A stretch of DNA of 64,000 bases from Camelus ferus (Eukaryota): NCBI RefSeq assembly GCF_009834535.1, contig NC_045696.1, forward strand, positions 119,910,001 through 119,974,000, read 5' to 3'. Positions 24,432 through 35,953 of the stretch are shown here, piece by piece. The notes under the pieces are model-generated. The model did no database searches, was not told where the DNA came from, and saw only the letters and a program-made list of their open reading frames with translations. The number at the start of each line of letters is the position of its first letter. Positions within the stretch are counted from its first letter, which is position 1. Both the position numbers and the translations under genes were made by a program.

Positions 24432-25238
24432 TGATCTGGACCATATGATAATTGCCTTCTTAAGCTCTGTTTTTTTTTGTTTGGTTGGTTTTTTTTACAA
24501 CATTTGTATTTCTTGAAATGAACTATTCTCTTAGATTCTAAAAATAAAGCTAAAAACAAGTGATTACCAATAAAACTACGAAACAGTAAAAATGTCAGGT
24601 GAAAATTAAAAATTTGTTTTAAAGTTTCAGATTCATGAAATCTGATTAAACCAACTGTAAGTAATTGAGAGGAGGCAGTAATGCCTACAGAGGGCTTCGG
24701 AACACATTCTTCGGAGCAATGCCTTCACAAGTCTTTGTTCCCGCTGCGTTGCCGGTCTGGTTGTTTCATTTAACTTGTAGGGATGTGTTATTTGGACTGG
24801 CTTTTCCTTAGGGTGTGTCACCATCGGGTGATTTTTCTCCCCACTCTGGTCACAGCTTCTCCTCCTTCGTGTTAAGACGGATGAGGCTCTCGATGTAGAC
24901 AGATTGAACACACGCACACTTGGTACGAGTCCAGCCAGTTTAGAGTCATGTTTCTCACTCAGACTTTCATACTTGGGGAATCCTTGCAGGGCAAGGTGCG
25001 CTTCTCCAGGTCTTCCTCAAACTTTTTTTGGTTCCTGTTTAGTTGGGGGTTTCTGTTTGGGTGTAAGCCAGTGAGAAGTAGGAGTGTGTTAGCTTTCCAA
25101 AACAGAAGCTGCTTTAGCTTTCAGCACTGAGGTTCTCCTTCTGTTAAGGACGAGGCTCTGGGCCCCCACCCCCTCACCGCCGCTCCGTGGTGTGGTGGTG
25201 TCCAGCCTGCAAGCGCCGTCCATCTGCCTGTCTTCTAG

Positions 25239-25420
25239 ACTTCCTGGCGCAGCTCTTTCTGGACACGGGCTACGAAGCAGAGGTGAATGAGTACGTGTTT
25301 CGTGAGACGGTGAATAAAAAAGAAGGCCTGCGTGTGCCCAGGGTTTTCCTTCAGAGCAAGTTCCGCAAGGCTCCCAAGAGCCCAGTTCCTGGGGACCCGG
25401 GCCTGGGCCGGGAGTCCTGA
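25239..25420 (+). CDS. METTL6: METTL6 last coding exon
   Basis: (D)FLAQLFLDTGYEAEVNEYVFRETVNKKEGLRVPRVFLQSKFRKAPKSPVPGDPGLGRES*; AG at 25237-25238. Joined CDS is 855 nt = 284 aa + stop. Confidence 0.97.
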
Positions 25421-25536
25421 CCTCTCCCGAGGTCGGCATCTGTGCCTCCCCTTGGAGAGGAAAGTTTAAAGTCACTCTATGTATTTTGTGTATTTTTATA
25501 TCTTAACTTTTTAAAATGAGGATATATAATTTTTAT

Positions 25537-25578
25537 ATTAAAAAGCAAATGTGTGTGCATTATAGCAATGTAAATAAA
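25537..25578 (+). terminator. Candidate METTL6 poly(A) signals (ATTAAA 25537, AATAAA 25573)
   Basis: Hexamers in an AT-rich stretch 120-160 nt after the stop, with a GU-rich tract downstream. Confidence 0.55.
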
Positions 25579-27658
25579 ATTGCAAGGCCTAAAAGGTAGT
25601 TTTATGGCATAACATATTTTAGCTGGTTTGTGTGAGATTCCACAGAGGACAGCGTAGGGCCCTGGCACTTAGATCCTCAGCATTTGTTACTCTGTGAGTG
25701 GGCCTCCCGGCAGCACGTCAGACAGCCCTGCAGAAAATGGGGCCAAACAGACGAAAATAGCACATCCATGTGTATTGTTAGCCTGAAGGATTGTTCTCTT
25801 TACTTCTCTTCCCATTGTCTCATATTTGCCCATTTTTCTCTGCTTCCGCTCATTCATGTGCCCTTCAAGACCAGTATTCCTCAGGTGCCACTTGTGGTCT
25901 CTCAAGAATGCCCTGTAGCTCCCTACCTCATTCTTGAGAGTCTCTGTAATTGGGCCAGTTTGTGGCCACCCTGCCCCGATGGAGAGAGGGGAAGGCCATC
26001 ACCTGTCCCCATCCTCCCGATGCAGTGTTTCCAGGAAGACAGTGGACGGACTGTCCCAACCCCCACTGGGAAATGAGGAGGCAGTGGCTCGGAGGTAGTG
26101 ACCACATGGCTAGTGTTGCAGTGGACCACGAGAAATCCTGAAATTGGTCCACTGACCTGTTCCCCAGGCATTCCCATATAAAGACTTTTTCTATAGAATA
26201 TAAAATCAGAGTTCCTTTGCTCTGCTGACAAAAGTTAATCCTGTAAGCCTTTATGTTTCCCTTCTTGCAAAAGCTGTTTATGAGAACGTCTGTCTTCAGA
26301 GTTGTCTGGACTGCACATGCGGCCAGCTAGGGCGCTGAAACCCACCGCGTCAGAAGGGGGATGGTCCCCACGCGGAGGGGCTGGGGAGCAGTCATGGCCT
26401 TACGTCCCCGGCTCCTGGAAGGGAGAGGGACAGGTGGTGGGCTCAGCACGCTCGCTGGGTGTCCTCCTGCCGTCTGTCCCTGACTTCTTGAGGGGGTGTC
26501 TCAAGGTCCGGGGAAGCAAGAGGAACCCCCTGTCTCCCGTTGGTCTGTTGCTTTACTTATTCTTCCCCCTTCTTTTTAAGGCTGGAAGATGGCTGTCCCA
26601 GGTGAGAACAAATCTGATAAGGAATAGAACAGAGTTGTCTGTTGAAACCAACCTGTACAGAAGGTGGCCCTGGGGTGGGGGCGGGGTGGGGGGTGTGGGC
26701 TCACAGGCCTCCTCACTGAGTGAGGGGCAAGCCCAGCCCCAGAGCAGTTGGTTAGGGGAGAGCCACGACCAGCCCCAGGCCCCACATCCCGCCCCGGGCT
26801 CTTTGCTCTCAGCACCTCCCCCGTGAACCCACAGCCAGCTTCAGCCCAGAAGGCCGCTCAGCAGCCTCCACAGAGGTCCTTTCACTGTGCTCCACCAGGT
26901 CTGCCCAGTGTCACTTGGCTCCTAGTGGCTGAGCTGGATTAAAAACTGGACATTTAAAGTAGACAGTGGGGAGCAGGGTGGTGTCGCCATAACTGTGCCC
27001 AGATGAAGACAGAGGAGAGGGTCTTCTCTGGGTTGGGGGCCCCGGGAGTCCGGGAAAGCAAGGCCACGGCTGATTTAGTCGCAAAACTCTGACAGGATTT
27101 GCTACATCGTAGAGTACAGAGTCCACCAATATAGCCTTGTCTTCCCAGACAGAAAACAGCCCCGGAAAGGTAGTGAGTACCGGTTTCCAGTACTGCAGAA
27201 AGCAGCGGAAGTACCGCCGTGCTCTGTAGCGTGGTGTATATGCTGACACGCAGTCTAGCGCACAGGATGCCACATGGCGTAGACCGTGCACCATGCTCTG
27301 TGGTACCACGGGTTCCTGCCGAGTTTTTGATATATACTCCATCCAACACCGCTAATTATGTTACGCTGTTTGGAATATGAACATCTGGGCTCAAGTCCAG
27401 GACTCGCCCCAGACGTGTAGCCAACTTTCTTGAGCCCCGGGCTTCACGTTTCCAAGACCAAGGTCCTGCCACCACAGCACAGGCCGCTGCCGCCGTTCAC
27501 CGAGCGCTCTGCTTACTGCACGGTTACCGTCAGGTGCTAGCTCCTTCTGTTCGATGGTATTCCTCAAGAAAACAACCTCTCCTGTGATTTTTAACCCAAA
27601 CTTCTCTTCCGTCGTATTTAACATGGGGGCCTTTGAAAGGGCCCGGGATTTGGATGCA

Positions 27659-27677
27659 CCACCACAAGGTGGCGCTA
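27659..27677 (+). promoter_or_regulatory. Candidate CTCF site
   Basis: ccaccacaaggtggcgcta is one mismatch from the core CCASYAGRKGGCRS. Confidence 0.5.
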
Positions 27678-28657
27678 GGTGCCAGCGCTTCCCATCGGCT
27701 GCCCCCACCCCATCTTGTTTGAGGTTAAAATGTGTCCATTCTTGTTGTCTTTGAAGAAAAATGCCTACAAATGTGTTTTCTGGGTCAGCTTTACCTCATA
27801 GGGTCATTGCTGGCCTCACTGGGGGGGTAAGAAGGCCAGGGTGCTTTTATCCAGCGTTCAGTCTGCACTGCCTATGGAAGGCAGCATTTTTAGGCTCTGA
27901 CGGGGTCTGCAGGGCCTCCCTCCTCCTCACCCTTGAACCGTTCTGTGGACTTGCTTTTCCTGCCGCCAGAGAAGAAAGCAAGCGAAGGGACTGCAGCGTG
28001 GACCCTTGTTTGCCTGGCACATCGTTCAGACGTTTGTGACAGCCTTTGCTCCCCTGTTTCACTGTCGTCAGTCATGAGAGGGAAGCTGGGAAATAAATCG
28101 TGTCTACCAACAGAGTGTTTTCCAGGACCGTGTTTGCTGTGGGGGCAAATATTTAACAGAAACTTACAGAGGCGCCACTACTGGAACCAAACGTTCCATC
28201 AGAAGTAAAATTAGCTGTTTTTTCACTTTTCCTTCCTGCCCTTCTCAGGAGTGTAACATTTCACCAAATGGTGTTCAGTGGGTACCAGCCGGGCAGAGGG
28301 CCCTGTGGGGTGACTCTGGCGGGAGGACAGGGTGGGAGTGCGGGCACACCCCGAGAGGTGGTCCCGGCCGTATCGTCACTGAGCCAAAGTGAGATGGTGG
28401 GAAACCAACACAAACACTCGGCACCAGAGGAAAGAAACAGGAAGGCAGGCCACGGGAACCCCAAGTGTGACAGCTGTCATCATTCGGAGAGGATATTTCC
28501 ACATTTTCACAGTGGAGCGTCACCTGCTCTAGGCTGGGGCGCGGCCATGGAGACGAGAACGTGACAGCCAGCTCCTTCGGGGCATCTTCCCAGCATGTCT
28601 AGGAGAACATGGAGCCCAGCAAAACGAGGCAATTCCCAGAGGAGTACGGCTGCTGAC

Positions 28658-28703
28658 AAAACGGTTAACTAATTAGAAATAAAACGGTTAACTAATTAGA
28701 AAT
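28658..28703. repeat. Perfect 23-bp tandem duplication
   Basis: aaaacggttaactaattagaaat x2. Confidence 0.95.
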
Positions 28704-28825
28704 AACCAAAAATTAAACTGAGACTCTTTTTTCCCTATCAAATGGATGAAGCTTGAACAATACTTCCATTGCTGGTAAAGAAACAGACTGATTATGGAGG
28801 TGCAGAAAGTGTGGCTTCTCTAAAA

Positions 28826-29206
28826 CAGCACTGTCCACCAGAGTCCTCTGAAATGGTAGACGTGTCCTTGGTCTGCACTGTCCAATGTGGTAGCCACAAG
28901 CCACATGTGGCTGTTGAGGACAAAGTTAGTGGCCAATGCAGCAGAGAAAGTGATTTTTAATGTAGGTGGGGTTTTTCTTGACAGGGGGTATGGGGAGGTA
29001 ATTATATTTTTATTTATTGTATTTATTTAAAAATTTTTTTTTAAATGGAGGTACTGGGGATTGAACTCAACCAAGACCTCGTGCATGCTAAGCATGCCCT
29101 CTACCCCTGAGCTCTAACCTCTCCCTGAAAGTGATTCTTAAATTGCATTTAAATTTCAATGTAACTAACTACGTGGGGTTAGTGGCAACTATATTGGACA
29201 GCGCGG
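28826..29206 (+). mobile_element. MER3-like hAT MITE split by a SINE
   Basis: cagcactgtcca...ggtagccacaagccacatgtggct...atattggacagcgc. Confidence 0.75.
28961..29126 (-). mobile_element. tRNA-Ala-derived camelid SINE
   Basis: Head and tail on the - strand; TSD gaaagtgatt(t/c)ttaa at 28946-28960 and 29127-29141. Confidence 0.85.
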
Positions 29207-29536
29207 GTCTAGAACACAAGCAGGCATTGTGTAGCAAATTCCATTAAATCTAAACATAACCTTTGATCCAGTAATCCCATGTTTGGAAATCAATTTAAGG
29301 AAATAATCAGAGATGTTTATGTGAAGGATTCCATCACAGGGCTATTTAGAACAGTGAAAAGCAGCAGCTCAAATGTCTAAAAGTAGAAGTTAGTTATAGA
29401 AATTATACTATAAATGAGAATGTTGTGCAATCATTAAAACAGTTTTGAAAATTTTAGTGATAAGAAAATGCTCCTTATATAATGCAATATAAGTAAGCGA
29501 GAATATGAAGCTATATATAAGAATGGTTTTAGTTTT

Positions 29537-29920
29537 TTTTTAATTTTTATTTTTATTTATTTTTTTATTTCTCAGAATCTGCCTTAGGGAACGAATGGCC
29601 CACATGCAATGAAAGGGGTGTACAAAGATTTTCAGTGTTACATTGTTTAGGATAGTGGAAAATTGGAAATACCCTAAATGTCAGTCCATAGGGGAGGGGT
29701 TAAATCAACAGCTGTATCTCCACACTACCAGATACCACGCAGCAAGTTTTTTTTTTTTTTTTAACGTGTTAGGTGTTTGTTTGTTTGTTTTTCACTTACT
29801 TATTTTGAAGGGTAAGAGGTAATTAGGTTTATTTATTTATTAATGGAGGTGCTGGGGATTGAACCCAGGACCTCTTGCATGCTAAGCATGCACTCTACCA
29901 CTGAGCTATACCCTCCCCCA
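29537..29920 (-). mobile_element. Camelid SINE carrying an extra 176-bp 3' segment and a second A-rich tail
   Basis: SINE 29920-29763, A16 29762-29747, extra segment 29746-29571, A-rich tail 29570-29537; TSD aagaatggttttagtttt at 29519-29536 and 29921-29938. Confidence 0.85.
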
Positions 29921-30602
29921 AAGAATGGTTTTAGTTTTATTTGTTTAATAATAAACATTATAAAAGGATGAGTAGATAATACTTAAAAAAAAAAAAAAGC
30001 CCACACAAGAAGGAACCAAAACAAAATGATTACAGAGTTCAGAGTTGTTCAATCAAAGCTGATGCCTTTTCTTCTTTATACTTTTTTGAAATTTCCATGT
30101 TTTCTGTAGTGAGTGTATATTGCTTTTACATTGAGAATATAATAATCTAGCATCCTTAGAACTCCTTTCAAAACCGCATAAGTTGAATGAACTAAAATCT
30201 TAGTGACAAATCTGCTAGAAATACCTGTTGATCCCTTAATCTTACCCAGCAGGAGCTGGAGGATGGACACCTCCCAGGAACAAGAGAATGGGTGTCCTAG
30301 GATGGTCCTTGTGCCCGGAGAGGAGCCTTGGGTGGGGGATTTTCATCTGTTGGGCTGACCCTTCATGGATGCTTTGACCTTGGGGATGCATATCCTTCAG
30401 TCCCTCGGGGAAATTCACTTGAATTACTTTCTTAATGACTCCCCACCACTACCAACACACACACACCCTGTATGTGTTTTCTCTCTTTCTGGAACTTGTA
30501 CTATTAAAATGTCAAACTTCCTGAAGTCACCATTTACAATCTGTTCTCTCCCTTTCTGACATCTCTTTCTTAGCATTTTGGGGCTTAAGATTCAGTGTCT
30601 CG

Positions 30603-30745
30603 AGGGAGGGTATAGCTCGTGGTAGAGCACATGCTTAGCATGTACGAGGTCCTGGGTTCAATCCCCGGTATTGCCATTAAGATAAATAAATAAACCTAAT
30701 TATCTCTCCCTCCAAAAAGTAAATAAATAAAACAAAAAAATGGAA
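30603..30745 (+). mobile_element. tRNA-Ala-derived camelid SINE
   Basis: gggagggtatagctc...gggttcaatcccc...aaacctaatta...A tail; perfect 16-bp TSD aagattcagtgtctcg at 30587-30602 and 30746-30761. Confidence 0.9.
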
Positions 30746-31325
30746 AAGATTCAGTGTCTCGTCTCCCAAGTCAGCTGCTATTCATCCATCTGTGTTCAAG
30801 CCCCCCACGTTTTATCATCTCTCGATGGTTTTGTGCAATAAAAAATCCTTTTGCTGTCATCTTAGTGGGGTTTCCAGAAGGAGCTGAAATAAGAGCGTGT
30901 GCTTAGTCTGCATGTCCGGGCCAATTAGCCCATCGGGTCAAGAAGGCAAAGGTCACACACACATACTGGTGGACAATTTCAGCAGGAAATAGATGGGCTT
31001 GATTGCCAAGTGTCAAGGGCCTGAAGAATCTGGAGGAACGAAGGCAGCTCGGGGGAGCTGAACATGGTGGTGTGTGCTTCCAAATACAGGAAGGCTGGTT
31101 CCAGGTGTGCCGAGTCAGGGTCAGGTAGCTGTTCAGAAGCTGCGTCCAGCCACACCCCGGAGTGTGTGTCACAGACCTTGGAAATGGCTGGGCTTTTTCC
31201 CATTGACTCTGTTTGTAGGGCTCTTTCCTAAGAGAGAAGCTAACATATATGTAAGGACTTTTTCATAAAGATGTTCATTAGCAGCACTTAAAAAGAATCA
31301 TAGCAAGTATTAGAAACAGTCTAAA

Positions 31326-31505
31326 CTGGGGCTCAGCAAACTATGGCCCATGGATCAAGTTCAGCCCTTCTCCTATTTGTGTAAGTGGAGTTGTGAAGCA
31401 CAGCCACACCTGTGTGCACACTGTTTATGCCTCCTTTCCTAATATGACACCAGAGACTAAAATATTGCTCTCTGGTCCTTTAAGAAAAAGTTTGCTGACC
31501 CCTGG
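31326..31505. mobile_element. MER58-like hAT MITE
   Basis: Inverted ends ggggctcagcaaact...agtttgctgacccctg, flanked by gtctaaa-like repeats. Confidence 0.75.
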
Positions 31506-31589
31506 TCTAAATGACTTGTAGAAGAACAGTTCAGTCAACCAAGGTGCATCATATGATGAAATAGAATGTAGCCGATGAACACTATCTAT

Positions 31590-32170
31590 TTTTTTTTTAC
31601 ACAACTGGTAAAAAAAAAAACATAAAATTTACCATCTTAACTATTTTTAAGTGTATAGTTCAACAGTGTTAACTGTACTCACTGTGTTGTGAAACAGAGG
31701 CCCAGAGTATTTTTATCTTGCAAAACTGAAACTCTACCCATCAAATAACATTTCCCTTTTCTTAGCCTCTGGCCACCCCCATTCTGCTTTCTATTTCTAT
31801 GAATTTGAATACTTTAGATACTGCATAGCATTGGAATCATACACTTCTTTGTCTTTTTGTGACTGGCTTATCTCACTGAGCATAAGGTCTTCAAGCTTCG
31901 TCTGTGTTGTAGCAGGTGACAGAATTACCTTGCTCCTTAAGGCTGAAATAAAGTACCATTTTGTGGATATACCACACTTGGTTCATCTATCAATAGATAT
32001 TTGGGTTGCTTCTGCCCTCTGGCTATTGTGAATAGTGCTGCTATGAATATGGGGGTACAGATACTTCTGAGAGATCCTGCTTCCAATTCTTTTGCCTGTA
32101 TAATCAGAAGTAGGATGGCTGGGTCATATGGTAGTTCTATTTTCAGTTTTTTTGAGGCAACTCAGTGCAG
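31590..32170 (-). mobile_element. L1M (L1MB-like) 3' end
   Basis: cataaaatttaccatcttaactatttttaagtgtatagttc...gtgaatagtgctgctatgaatatggg. Confidence 0.75.
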
Positions 32171-32194
32171 TTTTTCCATAGAAGTTGTACTATT

Positions 32195-34410
32195 ATTCCT
32201 TTTTTGTATTGAAGTATAGTCGACATACAATGTTTTGTTAGTTTCAAGCGGACAGCATAGTGATTCACCATTTATATGCATTATGAATTGATCACCACGG
32301 TTAAGTCTAGTTCCCACCTGCCACCATACAAAGTTATTGCAGTATTATTTGCTATATTTCCTGTGCTATACATTACATCTCTATAACCTATTTTATAAGT
32401 GAAACTGTGTACCTCTTAATCGATGTCACCTATTTTCTCCAAACCCTGCCCCCCGACAACCACCAGTTTGTTCTCTGTATTGGAGTCTGCTGGGTTTTGT
32501 TTGTTTGTTTTTTTAGATTCCACATATAACTGAAACCATATGATATTTGTCTTTCTCTGTCTACTTATTTCACTTGGCATAACACCCTCTAGGTCCATCC
32601 ATGTTGTTGCAAATGGCAAGATTTCATTCTTTTTATGGCTGAGTAGTATTCCTTTGTATGTACAGTTGACCCTTGAACAACAACCCAGGGGTTAGGGGCA
32701 CTAACGCTCCATGTAGTTGAAAATCCGCTTCACAGTTGGCCCTCTGTATCCACAGTTCAACCCACAGTTGAATCCACGGATTCAACCAGCAACACATCAT
32801 GCTGTACTATAGTACATATTTATTGAAAAAGATCCACGTATAAGTGGACCCATGCAGTTCAAACCTATGTTGTTCAAGGGTCAACCATGTATACCACATC
32901 TTCTTTATCCATTCCTCTACTGATGGACACTTAGGTTGCTTCCATATCTTGGTTATTGTAAGCAGTGCTCTGCAGTGAACATAGGGGTTCATACCTTTTT
33001 GAATTAGTGTTTTCATTTTGTTAGATAAATACCCAGAAGTGGAATTACTGAATCTTATGATAGTTCTATCTTGAATTTTTTGAAGAACGTCCATGTTGGC
33101 TTCATAGTGGCTGCACCAGTTTACATTCCCACCAACAGTGCGTGAGGGTTCCCTTTTCTCCATATCCTGGCCAATACTTGTCTTTTTGATAACAGAATAA
33201 TAGATAATATCATTCTGACAGGTGCGAGGTGATATCTCCTTGTAGTTTTGATTTGTATTTCCCGATGATTAGTGATGTTGAGCATCTTTTCATCTGTCTG
33301 TTGGCCATCTGTATGTCTTCTTTTGAAAAATATTTATGTAGGTACTCTGCCCATTTTTTAAATGGATTATGTGGGTTTTTTGATGTGGGAGTTCTGTATG
33401 TAATTTGAATATTACCCCTTACTGGATATATTGTTTACAAATATCTTCTCCTATTCAGTAGGTTGTTGTTTCATTTTGTTGGTGGTTTCCTTTGTTGCAC
33501 AAAAGCTTTTTAGTTTGATGTGGTCTTGTTTGTTTATCTTTGTTTTTGTTTCCCTTGCCTGAAGAGATAAATCCAAAAAAATACTGCTAAAATCAATGTC
33601 AAAGAGGGTACTGCACATGTTTTCTTCTAGGATTTTTATGGTTTCAGGTGTTACATTTAAATCTTTAATCCATTTTGAGTTTATTTTTGTATGTAGCATA
33701 AGACAGTGGTCCAGTTTCTTTCTGCCTTTTTTGGGGGGCATGTAGCTGTCTAATTCTCCCAACACTGTTTATTGAAGAGACCATCTTTTCCCAACTGTAT
33801 ATTCTTGCCTCCTTTGTTGTAACTAATTAAGCATATATGTATGTGTTTATTTCTGGGCTCTCTATTCTGTTTCATTCATCTATATGTTTTTGTGCTGGTA
33901 TCATAAAGTTTTGATTATCATAGCTTTGTAGTATAGTTTTAAATCAGAGAGCATGATACCTTCAGCTTTCTTCTTCTTTCCTAAGATTGCTTTGGCTATT
34001 CATCTTTCATAGTTCCATACAAGTTTTAGGATTATTTCCACTTCTGTGAAAAATGCCAATGATCTGTTGATAGGGATTGCATTCAATCTGTAGATTGCCT
34101 TGGTGTATATGGTCATTTTAACAATATTAATTCTTCCAATCCGTGAGTACAGTGTATCTTTCCATTATTTGTGTCATCTTCAGTTTCTTTTATCAATGGC
34201 TTATAGTTTTCCAGGTCCATGTCTTTCACCTCCTTGGTTAAATTTATCCCTAGGTATTTTATTCTTTTTGACTTAATTGTAAATGGGATTGTTTTCTTAA
34301 TTTATCTTTCTGACAGTTCATTATTACTGTATAGAAATGCAACAGATTTCTGTACATTGATTTTTGTATCCTGCAGCTTTATTGAATTCATTTATTAGTT
34401 TTAATAGTAG
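32195..34410 (-). mobile_element. L1 (L1MA-like) 3' UTR plus decayed ORF2 C-terminal region
   Basis: ORF-track fragments match L1 ORF2: [53 protein letters not shown]. Confidence 0.92.
32663..32889. mobile_element. Tigger2-family MITE nested in the L1
   Basis: TIRs cagttgacccttgaacaac ... gttgttcaagggtcaac with TA flanks; L1 text continues on both sides. Confidence 0.85.
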
Positions 34411-35111
34411 GAGCCATGCTAAGGATGTGTGGGCGATGTACCTTCTCGCCTTGGTTGAGTTCCAGTCAGAGGTGTAAATCATATACCTCTCTGGGCCTCA
34501 GTCTCCCCATCTTGAATATAAAGTGATTGAATTACATCATTATTAAGCATAATTCAGCTCTTAAACTGTTTCTGAGATTACCTCTTCAGTAATATGTCTT
34601 AACAGAATCTTCTGGAGTTAAATTCAAAGCCTGGAGGAATGACTGGAGTAATTGAGGGTCTTCGGCAGGGTCTCAAATGAAAGCCCGAGGATCAGCCAGC
34701 CCACAGATGTTTGGTTGATTGGATTAGTATTTTTTTAAGCTACTGAATTTGAATTGCTATAATTACAGATACGGGAGAGTTTAAAATAATGAAAAAAACA
34801 TTAAATTTAGTCACTCTATGGCAGTAAATTTGAAAATCTAGAAAAAATAGATTTCTCACAAAATGCAAAATACCAAAATTGATATAGGGAGAAGTGAAAA
34901 TTGTAAATAAATCAGCTACTACAGGAGAGATTTAGAAAAGTAGTAAGATTCGATGTTGTAGAGGCATTAGGCTGAAATGGCTGCGTGATGAGTTGTATCC
35001 TACCCTTAAAACCCAGATGATGACAGTGTTATTCAAGTCCTTGCTACTCAAAGTGTGGTCCAGGGCCAGCTGGTTGGCCCCACCCAGACCTACTAAATTA
35101 AAGTCTGCATA

Positions 35112-35275
35112 TTATTATTTTTTTAATCTTAAAAATTTTTTTTTTAATTTTTGTTTTTAGGGGGAAGGTAATTAGGTTTGCTTATTTATTTTTAGAGGAG
35201 GTACTGGGGATGGAACCCAGGACCTTGCGTATGCTAAGCATGCACTCTACCACTGAGCTATACATACCCTCCCCT
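35112..35275 (-). mobile_element. tRNA-Ala-derived camelid SINE inside a MER5-like relic
   Basis: Head and tail on the - strand; degenerate TSD aagtctg at 35101 and 35277. Flanks (ctactcaaagtgtggtcc...cccagacctact) resemble MER5. Confidence 0.85.
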
Positions 35276-35378
35276 CAAGTCTGTGTTTTAATAAGCATTA
35301 AGCCACATAAAGGGGTGATCAGCATGTATATTAATGACTAAGAAGAACTGGGCTAGGGCAGTGGTTCTCCACCTTGGC

Positions 35379-35530
35379 TGAATATTCGAATTATCCGAGG
35401 AGTTTTAAAAAATACTGGCATTGGAGCCCCACCACCAGAGATTCTGATTTAATTAAGCAGGTGCATGGCCTGGGTACCTGCATTTAAAAATGCTCCACGA
35501 ATGATTGAAAATCAGAGATTTAAACTGGGC
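35379..35530. mobile_element. MER5A-like hAT MITE
   Basis: cagtggttctc...ccccaccaccagagattctgatttaatt. Confidence 0.65.
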
Positions 35531-35709
35531 CATAGAAAAATATGGAAAGCTTTAAGAAATAAAGCTGATAAAGAATGTACCCCCAAAGCAAAAGGAAAAA
35601 AAAAGCAAAAAACTACAGCCAAATTTCATTTATGATTAAAAATAAAATCCAGCAGTGATAAAAATACAGTAAGGCCAAGCCCAAGTGCAGGGCATCTCAG
35701 AGCACAAGC

Positions 35710-35953
35710 AGCGTGTGCTGGCTACGCTCTCAGAAAGACGAAGGGCCTGATTCGTAGCACCTGTCAGTTCCCATGGTGTAAATATTCCCACCGTGATTAA
35801 TTTTAAGCATAGTTAATTTTCAGCTAATTTTGCTTCTGGCGAAAAATGGTGCTAATTTTAAGCTATCAACATGACCTCAACAGGCCTGAAAATTCCTGAA
35901 AATTAAACAACTGGCTCTCACAAGCCTAGAAGAACCGCAGCTTCATACCACTA
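35710..35953 (-). mobile_element. MER63-like (hAT-Blackjack) relic
   Basis: aaaattcctgaaaattaaacaactggctctcacaagc...ataccact is the reverse of the MER63 5' end as recalled. Confidence 0.55.

Noticed and set aside
30603..30680. tRNA-Ala(AGC) gene calls for SINE heads (here and at 44055, 22476 and others)
   Set aside because: They have TSDs, SINE-type 5' ends, tails in most copies and broken stems, so they are retroposons rather than tRNA genes.
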